Positions 14,667-26,800 are shown, numbered from the stretch's first letter. The stretch is 64,000 bases of DNA from Eledone cirrhosa (GCA_964016885.1 OZ024758.1:31682001-31746000), one strand, 5' to 3'. The notes: a model not told the origin generated them from the letters alone. Numbers and translations are program-made.

Positions 14667-15518
14667 TAAATATAAGTATATATACGTACATACATATATG
14701 TATACAGACGTACAGTAGTATGTATATATATATACATACATGCACACATATATATATGTACGTATGGATTTACCGAACATTTATTATAATGCGCGGTTTG
14801 TTTGTAAACAAACAGCCCGAATTACGCCGTACAGTGTTTAGCAACCATCGTTGCCCTTTTGTTCATGTGTATGTACGTATACATACTGTACACATATATG
14901 TATGTACGTATACATACTGTATACATACTGTACACATATATGTATGTACGTATACATACTGTATACATACTGTACACATATATGTATGTACGTATACATA
15001 CTGTACACATATATGTATGTATGTATACATACTGTATACATATATGTATGTACGTATACATACTTATATTTAAGTATCAGCTGTACTAAGAGTGAGAAAT
15101 GAAATTTCGTTTCATTCTTTTCCATTTATCGTTTTCGGTGCGCCCGGCCGACTAACTCACTCGATATGCAAATTATGCTACTCAGCCGTTTATGTGCATA
15201 AGGAAAGTATATACTTTCAAACGTTCAATTGACTGACAGGAAGGTATACGGTGCTGATGACAGCTAATAAGCTAGAAACTAGTACATCGTTCCTTTGTCA
15301 GTGTTGAACAAAAGGGCAACGATGGTTGCCGAACACTGTACGGCTTAATTCGGGCTGTTTGTTTACAAATAAACTGAGCATTATAATAAATGTTCGGTAA
15401 AGCCACGTACATATATATATATATATATGTGTGTGTGTGCATGTATGTATGTATATACATGCTATTGTTCGTCTGTATACATATATGTATGTACGTATAC
15501 ATACATACTTACATTTAA
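14667..15518. mobile_element. About 850-bp element with about 200-bp inverted termini
   Basis: 14667-14865 is the reverse complement of 15305-15518; an internal low-complexity tandem repeat lies at 14866-15065. Confidence 0.7.
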
Positions 15519-16039
15519 GACTTGCTTTACAGCAAACGCTGGCGAGATAGGAATAGCCAGGCGGCCTGGAGAATCTCACGAACTCATTTGTATAATTGTA
15601 TAAGAGATGTGATTACTAGAGTATCAATACATGTATTGAGAATAAATTAACACACCAACTGATATTTAGACGAGTGAAAGAGAAGTAAGCGAATCTCAAT
15701 TGTGAAATTACGGTTCCATTCTTAATCCAAGCGGAGAGACTACATAAATACATGTTTGCTAAATATAAACAGAAATAACAAAAGCAAATGATACAGTGCA
15801 ACGAAGAAATATTTTAGTTTAACGCTTGATATAGTACATATAGATAAGACTGTATATTTATTAATCAAGTAAAATAAATCATGTTTATTTCTATAATTGC
15901 TATGGTATAAAATTATGTATGAAATAGGTTTATTTGCATAGTATATGTACACACCATCGTCATAATTGTAGAGCTATAGCATAACTACTTACCATATGGT
16001 GTCAACCTAGATGGTATCGCAGATAAACAAAAATGTATG

Positions 16040-16071
<32 letters not shown>

Positions 16072-16359
16072 AGTAGGGAACACGGTAAAAACCTCCCAGC
16101 CCCACACTGTAAATGTGGTTGGTGTTAGGAAGGGCATCCAGCTGTGGAAAACCCGCCAGACAGTCCTATGCAAGCAATGACAACCACTCTTGCCTCAAGT
16201 GGGAAAACTCCCGTCCAAACCCATGCAAGCGTGGAACATGGACGTTAAACGATGATGATGATGATGATGATGATGATATATGTATTGAAGTTTCCGTTGA
16301 AAATTGAAAAAGTCATAGGAGTGAAGAGTGCTCTATGTAAGTACCAGAGCAAAATTTTA

Positions 16360-16567
16360 TGTATAATAAACAATACAATATAATTACCTCATTACCAGAG
16401 GTTTCCCGAATAAGATGAATACGAAAGAAACGTCCTCATTCGTTCGTCGGACAAGGCAATATATTTTATTGCCTTGTCCGACGAACGAATGAGGACGTTT
16501 CTTTCGTATTCGTCTTATTCGGGAAACCTCTGGTAATGAGGCAATTATATTGTATTGTTTATTATAC

Positions 16568-16570
<3 letters not shown>
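16360..16570. mobile_element. Fold-back element, family E (about 100-bp arms), next to (TA)n
   Basis: Near-perfect inverted repeat centred near 16464. Confidence 0.8.
16468..16546 (+). ncRNA. Type I hammerhead-like ribozyme with variant core CCGACGA (family E); mirror copy on the minus arm
   Basis: Stem I attgccttgt/atgaggcaat; stem II cgaatgaggacg/cgtcttattcg; GAAA; stem III ACC-tct-GGT; cleavage triplet GUA. Confidence 0.65.
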
Positions 16571-16599
<29 letters not shown>

Positions 16600-16601
<2 letters not shown>

Positions 16602-16968
16602 TTAAAGAGTTAAACAAGATTCAATGAGTACATCAAAGAATGAGTTTTACAGTAGATTGAAAGCACTCTACAAGAGATATTTTCCAGAGTTATTAATATT
16701 AAATTCAAATATTAATAAAATAGATGTTCTTGTGATTAATTAAATTTTATTATACATGTTAAATGGTTAAGATTTAAGATTTAATCAAGGTAGTACCTTG
16801 ATTAAATCTTAACCATTTAACATGTCAGGGTATGTCATGTATCATTTTATTTTATCTGATGAGGACATACTATTGAACTTGATTCAAGTACCTCTGAAAT
16901 ATGTATAATAAAATTTAATTGATCACAAGAACATCTATTTTATTTTATTAATATTTGAATTTAATATA
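16600..16968. mobile_element. Fold-back hammerhead element, family A (related copies 17770-18037 and 18835-19135)
   Basis: Outer inverted arms, an inner hairpin at 16754-16826, a hammerhead on the right arm, TA flanks. Confidence 0.78.
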
Positions 16969-16969
16969 T

Positions 16970-17010
<41 letters not shown>

Positions 17011-17014
<4 letters not shown>

Positions 17015-17450
17015 AAAGTTTTATTTAAATTGTTGGGATACAACAAGCAAATATTTTTATAACTGATATAAAGCACTCAACAAATATTTGGAGTAGATAT
17101 ACGATATTAATAAATGGAAACTATATTTATAAAACCATATTTATTTCATTATATATATTTCAAGGATACCAAGTTACATTATGGTATGCCTTCATCAGAC
17201 AAAATACAATATATAACAGTTTTATAAATAGACATTGACGTACCCCTTTAAAAATTGACCGTTGTTTTCGATGGCCTCCAAAAACAACGGTCAATTTTTA
17301 AAGGGGTACGTCAATGTCTATTTATAAAACTGTTATATATTGTATTTTGTCTGATGAAGGCATACCATAATGTAACTTGGTATCCTTGAAATATATATAA
17401 TGAAATAAATATGGTTTTATAAATATAGTTTCCATTTATTAATATCGTAT
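17011..17450. mobile_element. Fold-back hammerhead element, family C
   Basis: Arms of about 170 bp centred near 17275, plus a one-sided 90-bp extension; (TA)n on both sides. A homologue in opposite orientation lies at 44672-45112. Confidence 0.85.
17338..17412 (+). ncRNA. Type I hammerhead ribozyme (family C element); mirror copy on the minus strand at 17158-17198
   Basis: tattttgt-CTGATGA-AGGcATACCA..TGGTATCCTT-GAAA-TATATA-TA-atgaaata. A homologue at 44919-44959 has stem II AAGcACACCA..TGGTGTCCTT (compensatory T-A to C-G). Confidence 0.8.
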
Positions 17451-17835
17451 ATATATATATATATATTAAAATATAAATATTAATAAAGTCTTCACCTTAA
17501 TATTATAAATTAAATATTTTCAAATCTAACCATTTAACTTTCGAAAAAAAAACCCACACTTTATGTTCCCCTCCTTATAAATCTTTTTCCAGTGGCTATC
17601 ACTGGCTGTTATGATTCATGAGACGTTTTCCTAGATATATTGTAGTATCATATATTTTAAAAACTTTTAGAACACTTACAGTATGCAACGTTTTTTCTTA
17701 CTCACACATTCTCTAATGAATTTATTACGTTTTCGCACTTTCACATCAATAGGATATAAGCAAAATCTTCTATCGGGTTAATCACTACCTTGATTAAATC
17801 TTAACCATTTAACATCTCAGGGTATGTCATGTATC

Positions 17836-17898
17836 ATTATATTTTGTCTGATGAGGACGTACTGTTGTACATCCGAAATATGTATAATAAAATGTAAT
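17836..17898 (+). ncRNA. Type I hammerhead ribozyme (family A element)
   Basis: Stem I attatattttgt/ataaaatgtaat (12 bp); CTGATGA; stem II GGAcGTAC-tgtt-GTACaTCC; GAAA; near-palindromic stem III ATATGTAT; cleavage triplet AUA. Related copies at 16856-16899 and 19040-19070. Confidence 0.8.
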
Positions 17899-18031
17899 TG
17901 ATCAAAAGAACATCTATTTTATTAATATTTATATTTTAATATTAATAACTCCAGAAAATAATTTTTCCGTTGAGTGCTTCCAATCTACTGTAAAACTCAT
18001 TCTTTGACATAATCATTGAATATTGTTTAAC

Positions 18032-18086
<55 letters not shown>

Positions 18087-18277
18087 TATACACATATAAT
18101 TGTTTCTACTTTTGGCACAAGGCCAGCAATTACCCAGTGTATTACTGGTACTTTATTTTATCGACGCCGTAAGGATGAAAGGCAAAGTTAACCTCGGCGG
18201 GATTTGAACTCAGAATGGCAAGGGCCGTAACTCTATGCGTCAAAGCATGGCGTCCGACCCTCTACCGATACTGCCAA

Positions 18278-18606
18278 TATATTTCGGAGGTACTGTGCTG
18301 TTTTTTCAGTACGTCCTCATCAGATAAAATATATGAATTGATGTATACTGGAATTGAACCATCAAGACAGTTGAGGTATGTCATACATCAATTCATGTAT
18401 TTTATCTGACGAGGACGTACTGAAAAAAACAGCACAGTACCTCTGAAATATATATAATAAAACATATTTTTTGATTATGTGAATGTCTTCATTTATTAAT
18501 ATTTTGAATAATATTAATAACTCCAGAAAACTTTTTGTAGAGTGCTTTTAATCTATTGTAAAACTATATTCATTGATTAATCAATGAACCATATTAAACT
18601 TTGGTT
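18278..18606. mobile_element. Fold-back hammerhead element, family B; left arm abuts a SINE
   Basis: Inverted arms 18278-18345 / 18383-18452, then an extension ending in (TA)n. Confidence 0.82.
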
Positions 18607-18720
18607 ATATATATATATATATAATGGAAAAATGTGAACAGGGACAAAACAGAGAGGCAGTACAATAAATGTTTATTAATTTCACGCTCAGGAGAGTGGG
18701 GCGGGGGGTAGGTGGGGGAC

Positions 18721-18752
18721 GACGTTTCGGGCATAAGCCCTTCCTCAGGTGA
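18721..18752 (-). ncRNA. Short Penelope-type hammerhead motif
   Basis: CTGAGGA-aGGGC-ttat-GCCC-GAAA-CGTC with palindromic ACGT helix III; stem I is weak. Confidence 0.5.
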
Positions 18753-18799
18753 GAAGTGTGTGGGAACAGAGTTCAAAAGGTGTGTAAGGGAGTGGTGAT

Positions 18800-18837
<38 letters not shown>

Positions 18838-19130
18838 TTGTTAAACAATATTCAATGATTATGTCAAAGAATGAGTTTTACAGTAGATTGGAAGCACTCA
18901 ACAGAAAAATAATTTTCTGGAGTTATTAATATTAAAATATAAATATTAATAAAATAGATGTTCTTTTGATCAATTACATTTTATTATACATATTAACCAT
19001 TTAACATCTCAGGGTATGTCATGTATCATTATATTTTGTCTGACGAGGACGTACTGTTGTACATCTGAAATATGTATAATAAAATGTAATTGATCAAAAG
19101 AACATCTATTTTATTAATATTTATATTTTA

Positions 19131-19181
<51 letters not shown>

Positions 19182-19373
19182 CCAAAGATTAGAGCAAACA
19201 TCACGAGCGCTCTATCAAAATTTGTTTTGAAAAGCATTAGAAATGCGCAACTAAAGCTGAATACTAACCATTATTCCTAATTAAACTATTTTTCACTGGG
19301 AAAAATTTGTCAGCATTTTCTTTTCCTTTTTACTAATATATCACAACTCGTGTGTCACACCTCTATTTTTTTT

Positions 19374-19420
<47 letters not shown>

Positions 19421-19944
19421 TTTTTGGGGTTTTGGGAGGCATCGATACAAAGTGATGCTCGATTCTCAGAAGAGGATCATTTCTACCTTGGTATGAGTCA
19501 AATTACCCTTACCGAGTACCGAGCATCACTTTGTATCGATGCCTCCCAAACAAATAAATGTATATATATAGGTGTGTATATATATATATATATATACTTA
19601 AAATTTATTCTTATATATATACATACATACATTTTTGTTTATCTGCGATACCATCTAGGTTGACACCATATGGTAAGTAGTTATGCTATAGCTCTACAAT
19701 TATGACGATGGTGTGTGCATATACTATGCAAATAAACCTATTTCATACATAATTTTATACCATAGCAATTATAGAAATAAAGATGATTTATTTTAATTTA
19801 AAAAATTCTCTTGCAATAATAAAAAATTAAGAACGAACAAACGTATTTTTGGAAATAGGAAAATATCAAATAAGACAAAATTATAGAACAAGGGGGAAAT
19901 GTTTCGTTCAGCGTATTGTGGAAAGTAGTTAACCCTTTACTTAC

Positions 19945-20198
19945 CAGTGCACCATCACGGATCCACTCAAACGAGCATCATCAATAAATTGTAAACATTC
20001 GGGAAAGTAAGTCAGCAAATTTTCTTCAGGCATATCCAACACTCGGACGAATTTACATTTATATTTATTCTGAATTTCAGAACTTAGAGGTCTATCTAAA
20101 AGACTTAAAACATGAGTAATGTTAGCATTAGACATTGCTTCATCGTTTTTGACATCCTCAAGTCCCCCTAAATAAATCTTCTCGTAAATTTGATCCAT
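19945..20198 (-). CDS. DUSP12: Dual-specificity phosphatase 12 (YVH1-like), coding exon 1
   Basis: MDQIYEKIYLGG...ITHVLSL...VLDMPEENLLTYFPECLQFIDDARLSGSVMVH is a DSP N-terminal half; ends CAC TG|gtaagt (phase 2). Confidence 0.9.
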
Positions 20199-21649
20199 AT
20201 TTAGAAAGATGAATTACAATTAAATGTCGATTCAAAAGTTAATGTTCATAATTTTATAATAATCTCCCTTTCTAGGATAAACGGAAACTTACTAAATCTT
20301 ATACAGAGAATTTTATTTCCGGCTGTTTCTCAGCAGAGCCAGATATCCTCATAAACTTGGTTACCTCCCTTTACTTTCTGCTAGCGTCACCTTTAACTTT
20401 TATTCTTCCGAGAAAATATAATAATTGTTTCTACTTTTTGGCACAAGGCCAGCAATTACCTAGTACATTACAGGTACTTTATTTTATCGACCCCGTAAGG
20501 ATAAAAGCAAAGTTAACCACGGCGGGATTTGAACTCAGATCATAAAGGGACATAACTATGCTAGAAAGCATGGCGTCTGACCCTCTACCGATACTGCCAA
20601 TCCACCACCCAGAAAATATAATATAATTCATGGAACAAAAATGATAAAGGAAAGAAAAATATGTGTGGCAATTCACCACCAGATGCGACAATCGGCCGCA
20701 CCTCACATCTTAGAAGTTAACTACACACTTTCAGGCAAGTCAACACGCTCGCAACATTACCACGAGTGATGGCGAGGCTAAGGTGCTGAAATAACCAGAC
20801 ACCCTCACGGGCATCACCTGACACCTCAGTAAGGTGAGCCGCCAGTGATGACAAGAACTTGACTGTCAGTGGCCCAACTCCACCAAACGTCTCGAACGAT
20901 GGATACAAGCACTAAGATCGACTATATTTTTGTGAGAAGAGCAATAGAGAGGACAAACGCTTGACCCCGGACTATAATGCTTTAATAGTGATTTAATTAC
21001 GATCTTTTACTTTCCGAGTTTAAATCTCAAAAAGATCGGCCACTTTGCTTTTCATCCGAACACTTTATCAACCATACATTTTGAGCAATTCAATCGATGA
21101 CAATCCTTGCAATTTGTGGCCTTGCGTCAATGTAAAAAAAAAATAACATAAATAATTGTTTCTACTTTTGGCACAAGGCCAGCAATTACCCAGAGCATTA
21201 CTGGTAATTTATTTTATCGACCCCGTAAGGATGAAAGGCAAAGTTAACCTCGGCGGGATTTGAACTCAGAATGGCAAGGGCCGTAACTCTATACGTCAAA
21301 GCATGGCATCCGACCCGCTACCGATACTGCCAATAACATAAATAATAATTTATAATTTTAGTAAAAAATAGACACGCATTTTAAGGGATTGTATTTGATT
21401 GATTAAATTGGTTTTAGTACTTTATTGGTATTTTTTTTTATTGATCTCTGCGAGATTTGAATTCACAAAGTAAAAGTTACTAATTTTATTTAGTGTTTTT
21501 GAGCGAACAACATACAAACTTCATTTTTATAAGTAGTCGAAAGTTTTATAAATAACGTTACAAATGCGTAAATAACATTATAAATTGCTCACAATTCGTT
21601 CAGTAGAACATTACAAACAATGTCGGTGATCCGATCAATTTTCTAGGTG

Positions 21650-22310
21650 CCGCTTACTTTCTGCAAGCGCAAAGTTCTCGGGGGATTGGATTGATGCCCT
21701 TGCCTGTAGCCAACATTGGTGACCTTCTCAGTCAGGATGAGCTCCGTATCTCCATTGTACTTCGAGTGGGAGCCAACGTCTGTTGGAGTCTGAGATGTCG
21801 CTGTGGTAGGTCCCTCGACTCTACAGGTCTACATAGTTTGTCTAGCCGCTTGTTTGTCAGTCGTTTCGCCAACCCCACCGAGCTAAACCAGATCATCAAA
21901 CGGGCCCTGGCTCAGGTGAATATACCTCAGTTATGGAGCCGCTTGGATTATCCAGAAGTGATGGGAAAAGACCAGACAGCCCTGGTAGATGTCTCATCTG
22001 GGGCACCACAGTCAGTGACTCTTTTGCTCTCTCCCAGATCATGGACGCCGCGGTAAATGTGTGTGTGTGGGGGGGGGGGGTCACTGCTTCCGTTGCCCAA
22101 CGGAATAGAATTCGTAAATACCTGGATTTATCTAGAAATTATTTTTTTCAGCCTGTGCCGTTCGAGATGTGTGATTGAGTTCGGCTGCTGGCGGCTCGCC
22201 TTACTGTGATGTCTGGTGATGCCCGTGAAGGTGCCTGGTTGTTTCAACGCATTGGCCTCGCCATCACTCGTGGCAATGCTGCGAACGTATTGGCTTGCGT
22301 CAAAGTGTTT
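21650..22310 (+). mobile_element. CRE-clade (restriction-like endonuclease) non-LTR retrotransposon 3' fragment
   Basis: LRVG..CRCG..DSTGLH..ELNQIIKRAL..EPLGLSRSDGKRPD..KY..FQPVPFE..WLFQR..A..RGNA. Related fragments at 13160-13325 (+), 20725-20900 (-) and 38720-39130 (+). Confidence 0.75.
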
Positions 22311-22967
22311 AGACATTGTGGATTGGCAGTATCGGTAGAGGGTCGGACGCCATGCTTTCCAGCATAGTTACGTCCCTTTATAGTCTGAGTTCAAATCCCG
22401 CATAGGTTAACTTTGCCTTTCATCCTTACGGGGTCGATAAAATAAAGTACCAGTAATGTACTGAGAAATTTGCTGGCCTTGTGCCAAAAGTAGAAACAAT
22501 TATATTTGTAATGTTATTCTGAACGAATTGTGAACAATTTATAATGTCATTTACGCATTTGTAATGTTATTTATAAAACTTTCGATTACTTATAAAAAGG
22601 AAGTTTGTACGTTGAATAAAAAATGTCGCCAAGTGAAAATTGTGAATTATCAGAGTAGTTGGAATGTCAAGCTTGTTCCGAATCTTTACATTTGAATTTC
22701 AAATTCTGTTGAGGTAGATTTTGCCTTTAATCCTTCCGGGGTCGATGCAGTACTAGAATTACCTATAAGCTTAGGACCACACGTCGTCGGGACCACATTT
22801 AAAAAATATTTTATTTTATCATTAGTTTTTATTAACACTAAATCACACACACATATTATGTGTGTGTGTATAGCTCTGATTTATCTGAATTATTGAGCCC
22901 TCTGCCACTCATGTCGAATTTTGTTTATCGTGAACTCGTGCGCCGATTTTTCGATACTCGATTATTC

Positions 22968-23038
<71 letters not shown>

Positions 23039-23800
23039 TTCTTTATCATTAACATAAAAAATAATAATCATGTATAATTATTTTACATTTTTTTAAAGAT
23101 GGCCTCAAATTTCATATAGCTTAGGGCCTCGTCGGGTGAAAGTCCGGCCCTGGGTCGTTAGAATAAAGTGCGAGCTATGTCGATATAATCGACTAACCCT
23201 TATCTCCAAATTTTCTGGTCATAAGCCTCAGCTAGTTATTTTTGTTGGATATTGATGGACGGTGGATTGGCAGAATCGTTAGTGTCAAATAAAATACTTT
23301 TGCGGTATTTGTTCTCTGTCAATTTTGCCTTCTATCCATCCGGTCTCTAAAAAATAAAGTACTAGTCAAGCATCCCTCCCTAAAATCCTGGGCCTTGTTC
23401 CATTATTACTGTTACTTAGACCATAAACCATAATCAAAGAATAGCATCTGTTTGAAGGTTTTTCTTGAACTGTCCACAGTGAAAAAACAAAAAAACATTG
23501 TCAGGCAGAGAGCCGTTCTTCCTCAATACGACAAAAAATATAAAAAGTCGGAGAAGACACTCTCAATTACAGGCCACAAGGAGTTATTTCCCTTGCGTTT
23601 TTAGAATTGCAAATATAATCGCGTTTTTTCAATTCTGTTGTTCTGGATACTCCAGAACTAAGGTATATCCGGAACAACAACGATTTATTTGCGTACACCA
23701 TCTATCTGAATTATATCGATAATAAACTTTTGACTTAGCTTACTACTTTATACTTATATATATATTGAAAACAGTCTTTGGTGATTTTATATATATATAT

Positions 23801-23836
<36 letters not shown>

Positions 23837-26800
23837 GGAAGACGTAAAATAAGAAAATTATAAAAATTAACTTACTTACTAAAATTTCACTCCAACTAAT
23901 TAGTTTCTGAAAGGGAATAAACATGGTTTCCAAATAGAAAACATGGAGAAGCCATTTCGTCATCAGGAAGTCGTTGTCAGCTAAGATCCCTGGCGATGCG
24001 TGGACACAGGGAACTTATACAAAAATAATTCAGTGGATGGAAAAAAGCAAGCGTGGACTAAATTCCAAGACATTAAAAAAAATCACTGCCTACTTGATCG
24101 GTCGCAAATTCAAAAGAATCAATCACGTAACATCGAGGTTAATCAGTGAGGAGTGGGGTGTTAAAAAGACAGTAGCTAAACTGTTACTATGAACTATAAC
24201 AGTAATTTTGGCAAATTTTTGCTCAACAAAATAATTTGGAGATAATTATAAAGAATTAGTATATCTACCAACATATATATACAGAAGTATACCTATGCAA
24301 GCAAATATATAGGTTTTGTCTTAGTAACTTTGTGGTTCAATGTATGGGGATGCAGAACAATTATATGAAAGACGTAAAATAAGAAAATGATAAAAATTAA
24401 CTTACTTACTAAAATTTCACTCCAACTAATTAGTTTCTGAAAGGGAATAAACATGGTTTCCAAATAGAAGCCAATTTAGTCCACGCTTGCTTTTTTCCAT
24501 CCACTGAATTATTTTTGTATAAGTTCCCTGTGTCCACGCATCGCCAGGGATCTTAGCTGAGAACGACTTCCTGGTGACGAAATGGCTTCTCCATGTTTTC
24601 TATTTGGAAACCATGTTTATTCCCTTTCAGAAACTAATTAGTTGGAGTGAAATTTTAGTAAGTAAGTTAATTTTTATAATTTTCTTATTTTACGTCTTTC
24701 ATATAATTGTTCTGCATCCCTTTGCATTGAACCACAAAGTTACTAAGACAAAACCTATATATTTGCTTGCATAGGTATACTTCTGTATATATATATATAT
24801 ATGTTGGTAGATATATATATATATATATATAAAAAGAATTAGTATAAGAAAGTGAGGTTTTTTTAGTTGTTTTTTTTTAACAAAATGAAAAATAAACGAG
24901 GTGTCCTACACGAGTGAAAGTATAAGGGAAAAAAATGGAATCGAAAATACAACTGAGTCTTTTTTTTTTTTAAATGTATATTTATTTGGTTCCTTTACCG
25001 GCTTCGCAGTTCTTCTGCTTTTCAAAAAGTAGGATTGAGATGGAGGGTTTGTGGTTTTTTTCCTCCATCTCAGTCCTACTTTTGAAAAGCACTGCGAAAC
25101 CGGTAAAGGAACCAAATAAATATATATTTAAAAAAAAAAAGACTCCAGTTGCATTTTCGATTTCATATTTTTTCCTTTATATATATATATATATCGCTAT
25201 TTCAGGACACCAATTCTAATTTTCATTTTTGCTGGACCGGCAACCGCTCTGTATAATCGGTTCCTGATTATTACTGGAATTATATAATAATCCAACATTC
25301 ATAATTTTCAGCAAGCAAGGAGAGTGCTAAGCTCTGAGGAGTACCAACAGTATGAAACAGGGATCTGTCAGCTTATATCCCTTTGTTTGCTGAAAACAGA
25401 AGTGACATAGTCACTACTTTAAAACAATAGTGTAAGGTCTTCAAAATGCTTTTAATTAAGCATACAGTGTATTGCAAAATACACTATATATACATTGATA
25501 TAAAATAAAAATGGTTTTATAAAGATAGCTTCCATTTATTAATGTATCGGTGGTCGTGTGGATTGTTGGACTTTCTACTACGCTTAGGTAACGGGTTCGA
25601 TCTCCAATATTTTAGGGCGGTGGATTGACAGTATCAGTAGAAGGTCGGACGCCATGCTTTGCAGCAAAGAGTTACGGCCCTTTATGGTCTGAGTTCAAAT
25701 CCCGCCGAGGTTAACTTTGCCTTTCATCCTTACGGGGTCGATAAAATAAAGTACCAGTCATGCACTGGGTTATTGCTGGCCTTGTGCTAAACGTAGAAAT
25801 AATTTATTAATATTATTAATATATATATATATATAATTGTTTCTACTTTTGGCACAAGGCCATCAATTATCCCAGTGCATTACTGGTACTTTATTTTATT
25901 GACCTCGTAAGGATGAAAGGCAAAGTCAACCTCGGCGGGATTTGAACTCAGATCGTAAAGGGACGTAACTATGCTGGAAAGCATGGTGTCTGACCCTCTA
26001 CCGATACTGCCAATCCACATATATAATGAAGAATGGTTTTCCGAAGAGAAACAGTTAAATAAGATACCCACCTACTGAAAGTTCAAATTTATTTTATATA
26101 GAAATGTCATCTACAGAATTTATAAAGTGATAAATAACATGCATTCAAATAGACTCAATTTTGTTTTTAATCCCCGTTTGAGTCGGTCTGTAGTCAAAGA
26201 TGATTTGTGTACAATTTAGTCCAACCGCAATGTAGAGGTCCGTTCATTGGTTCAAATATACACAATTGTTGTTTAACTACAAGTAAACCTGTTATCAATG
26301 CATCCCGTCTTTTTGTATATCTAGGACTACATTATTTAACAAGTATTTTGTTTTACGAAGGAGATTGTATAAAGAAATGTGAAATAAAATTTTATGGGAT
26401 ATAACTTTATTTAACTAATGTAGAGTTATTTCCCTTAGCATGAAACCCACACCACATTAGTTTCTTTCTATACAATCATTCGACCTGCTAGAAACGGTAA
26501 AGAAATCTTTTCTGAAATCCTAACGTAACGCCTTTAAAATGGAAGATCACAACAAACAATATCACTGATTGGCTCTTTTTTGGGTGTGTGTGTGTGTGTG
26601 TGTGTGTAGTCTATTTCTTCGCCCACCTATTCCTGCAAGGGTCATGAGGGCAGAGTCCTGAAACTCCTTCCAATGGGACCCGTCAGAAGCAACTAATCCA
26701 GCTGGATTCCCAAGCATGACCAGCCTAGCTCATGGATGTTATCCAACTATCTTGCTCGGGGTCTACCTCTGGGTCTCTTCCCGGTTGGTTTTGCCCGTAC

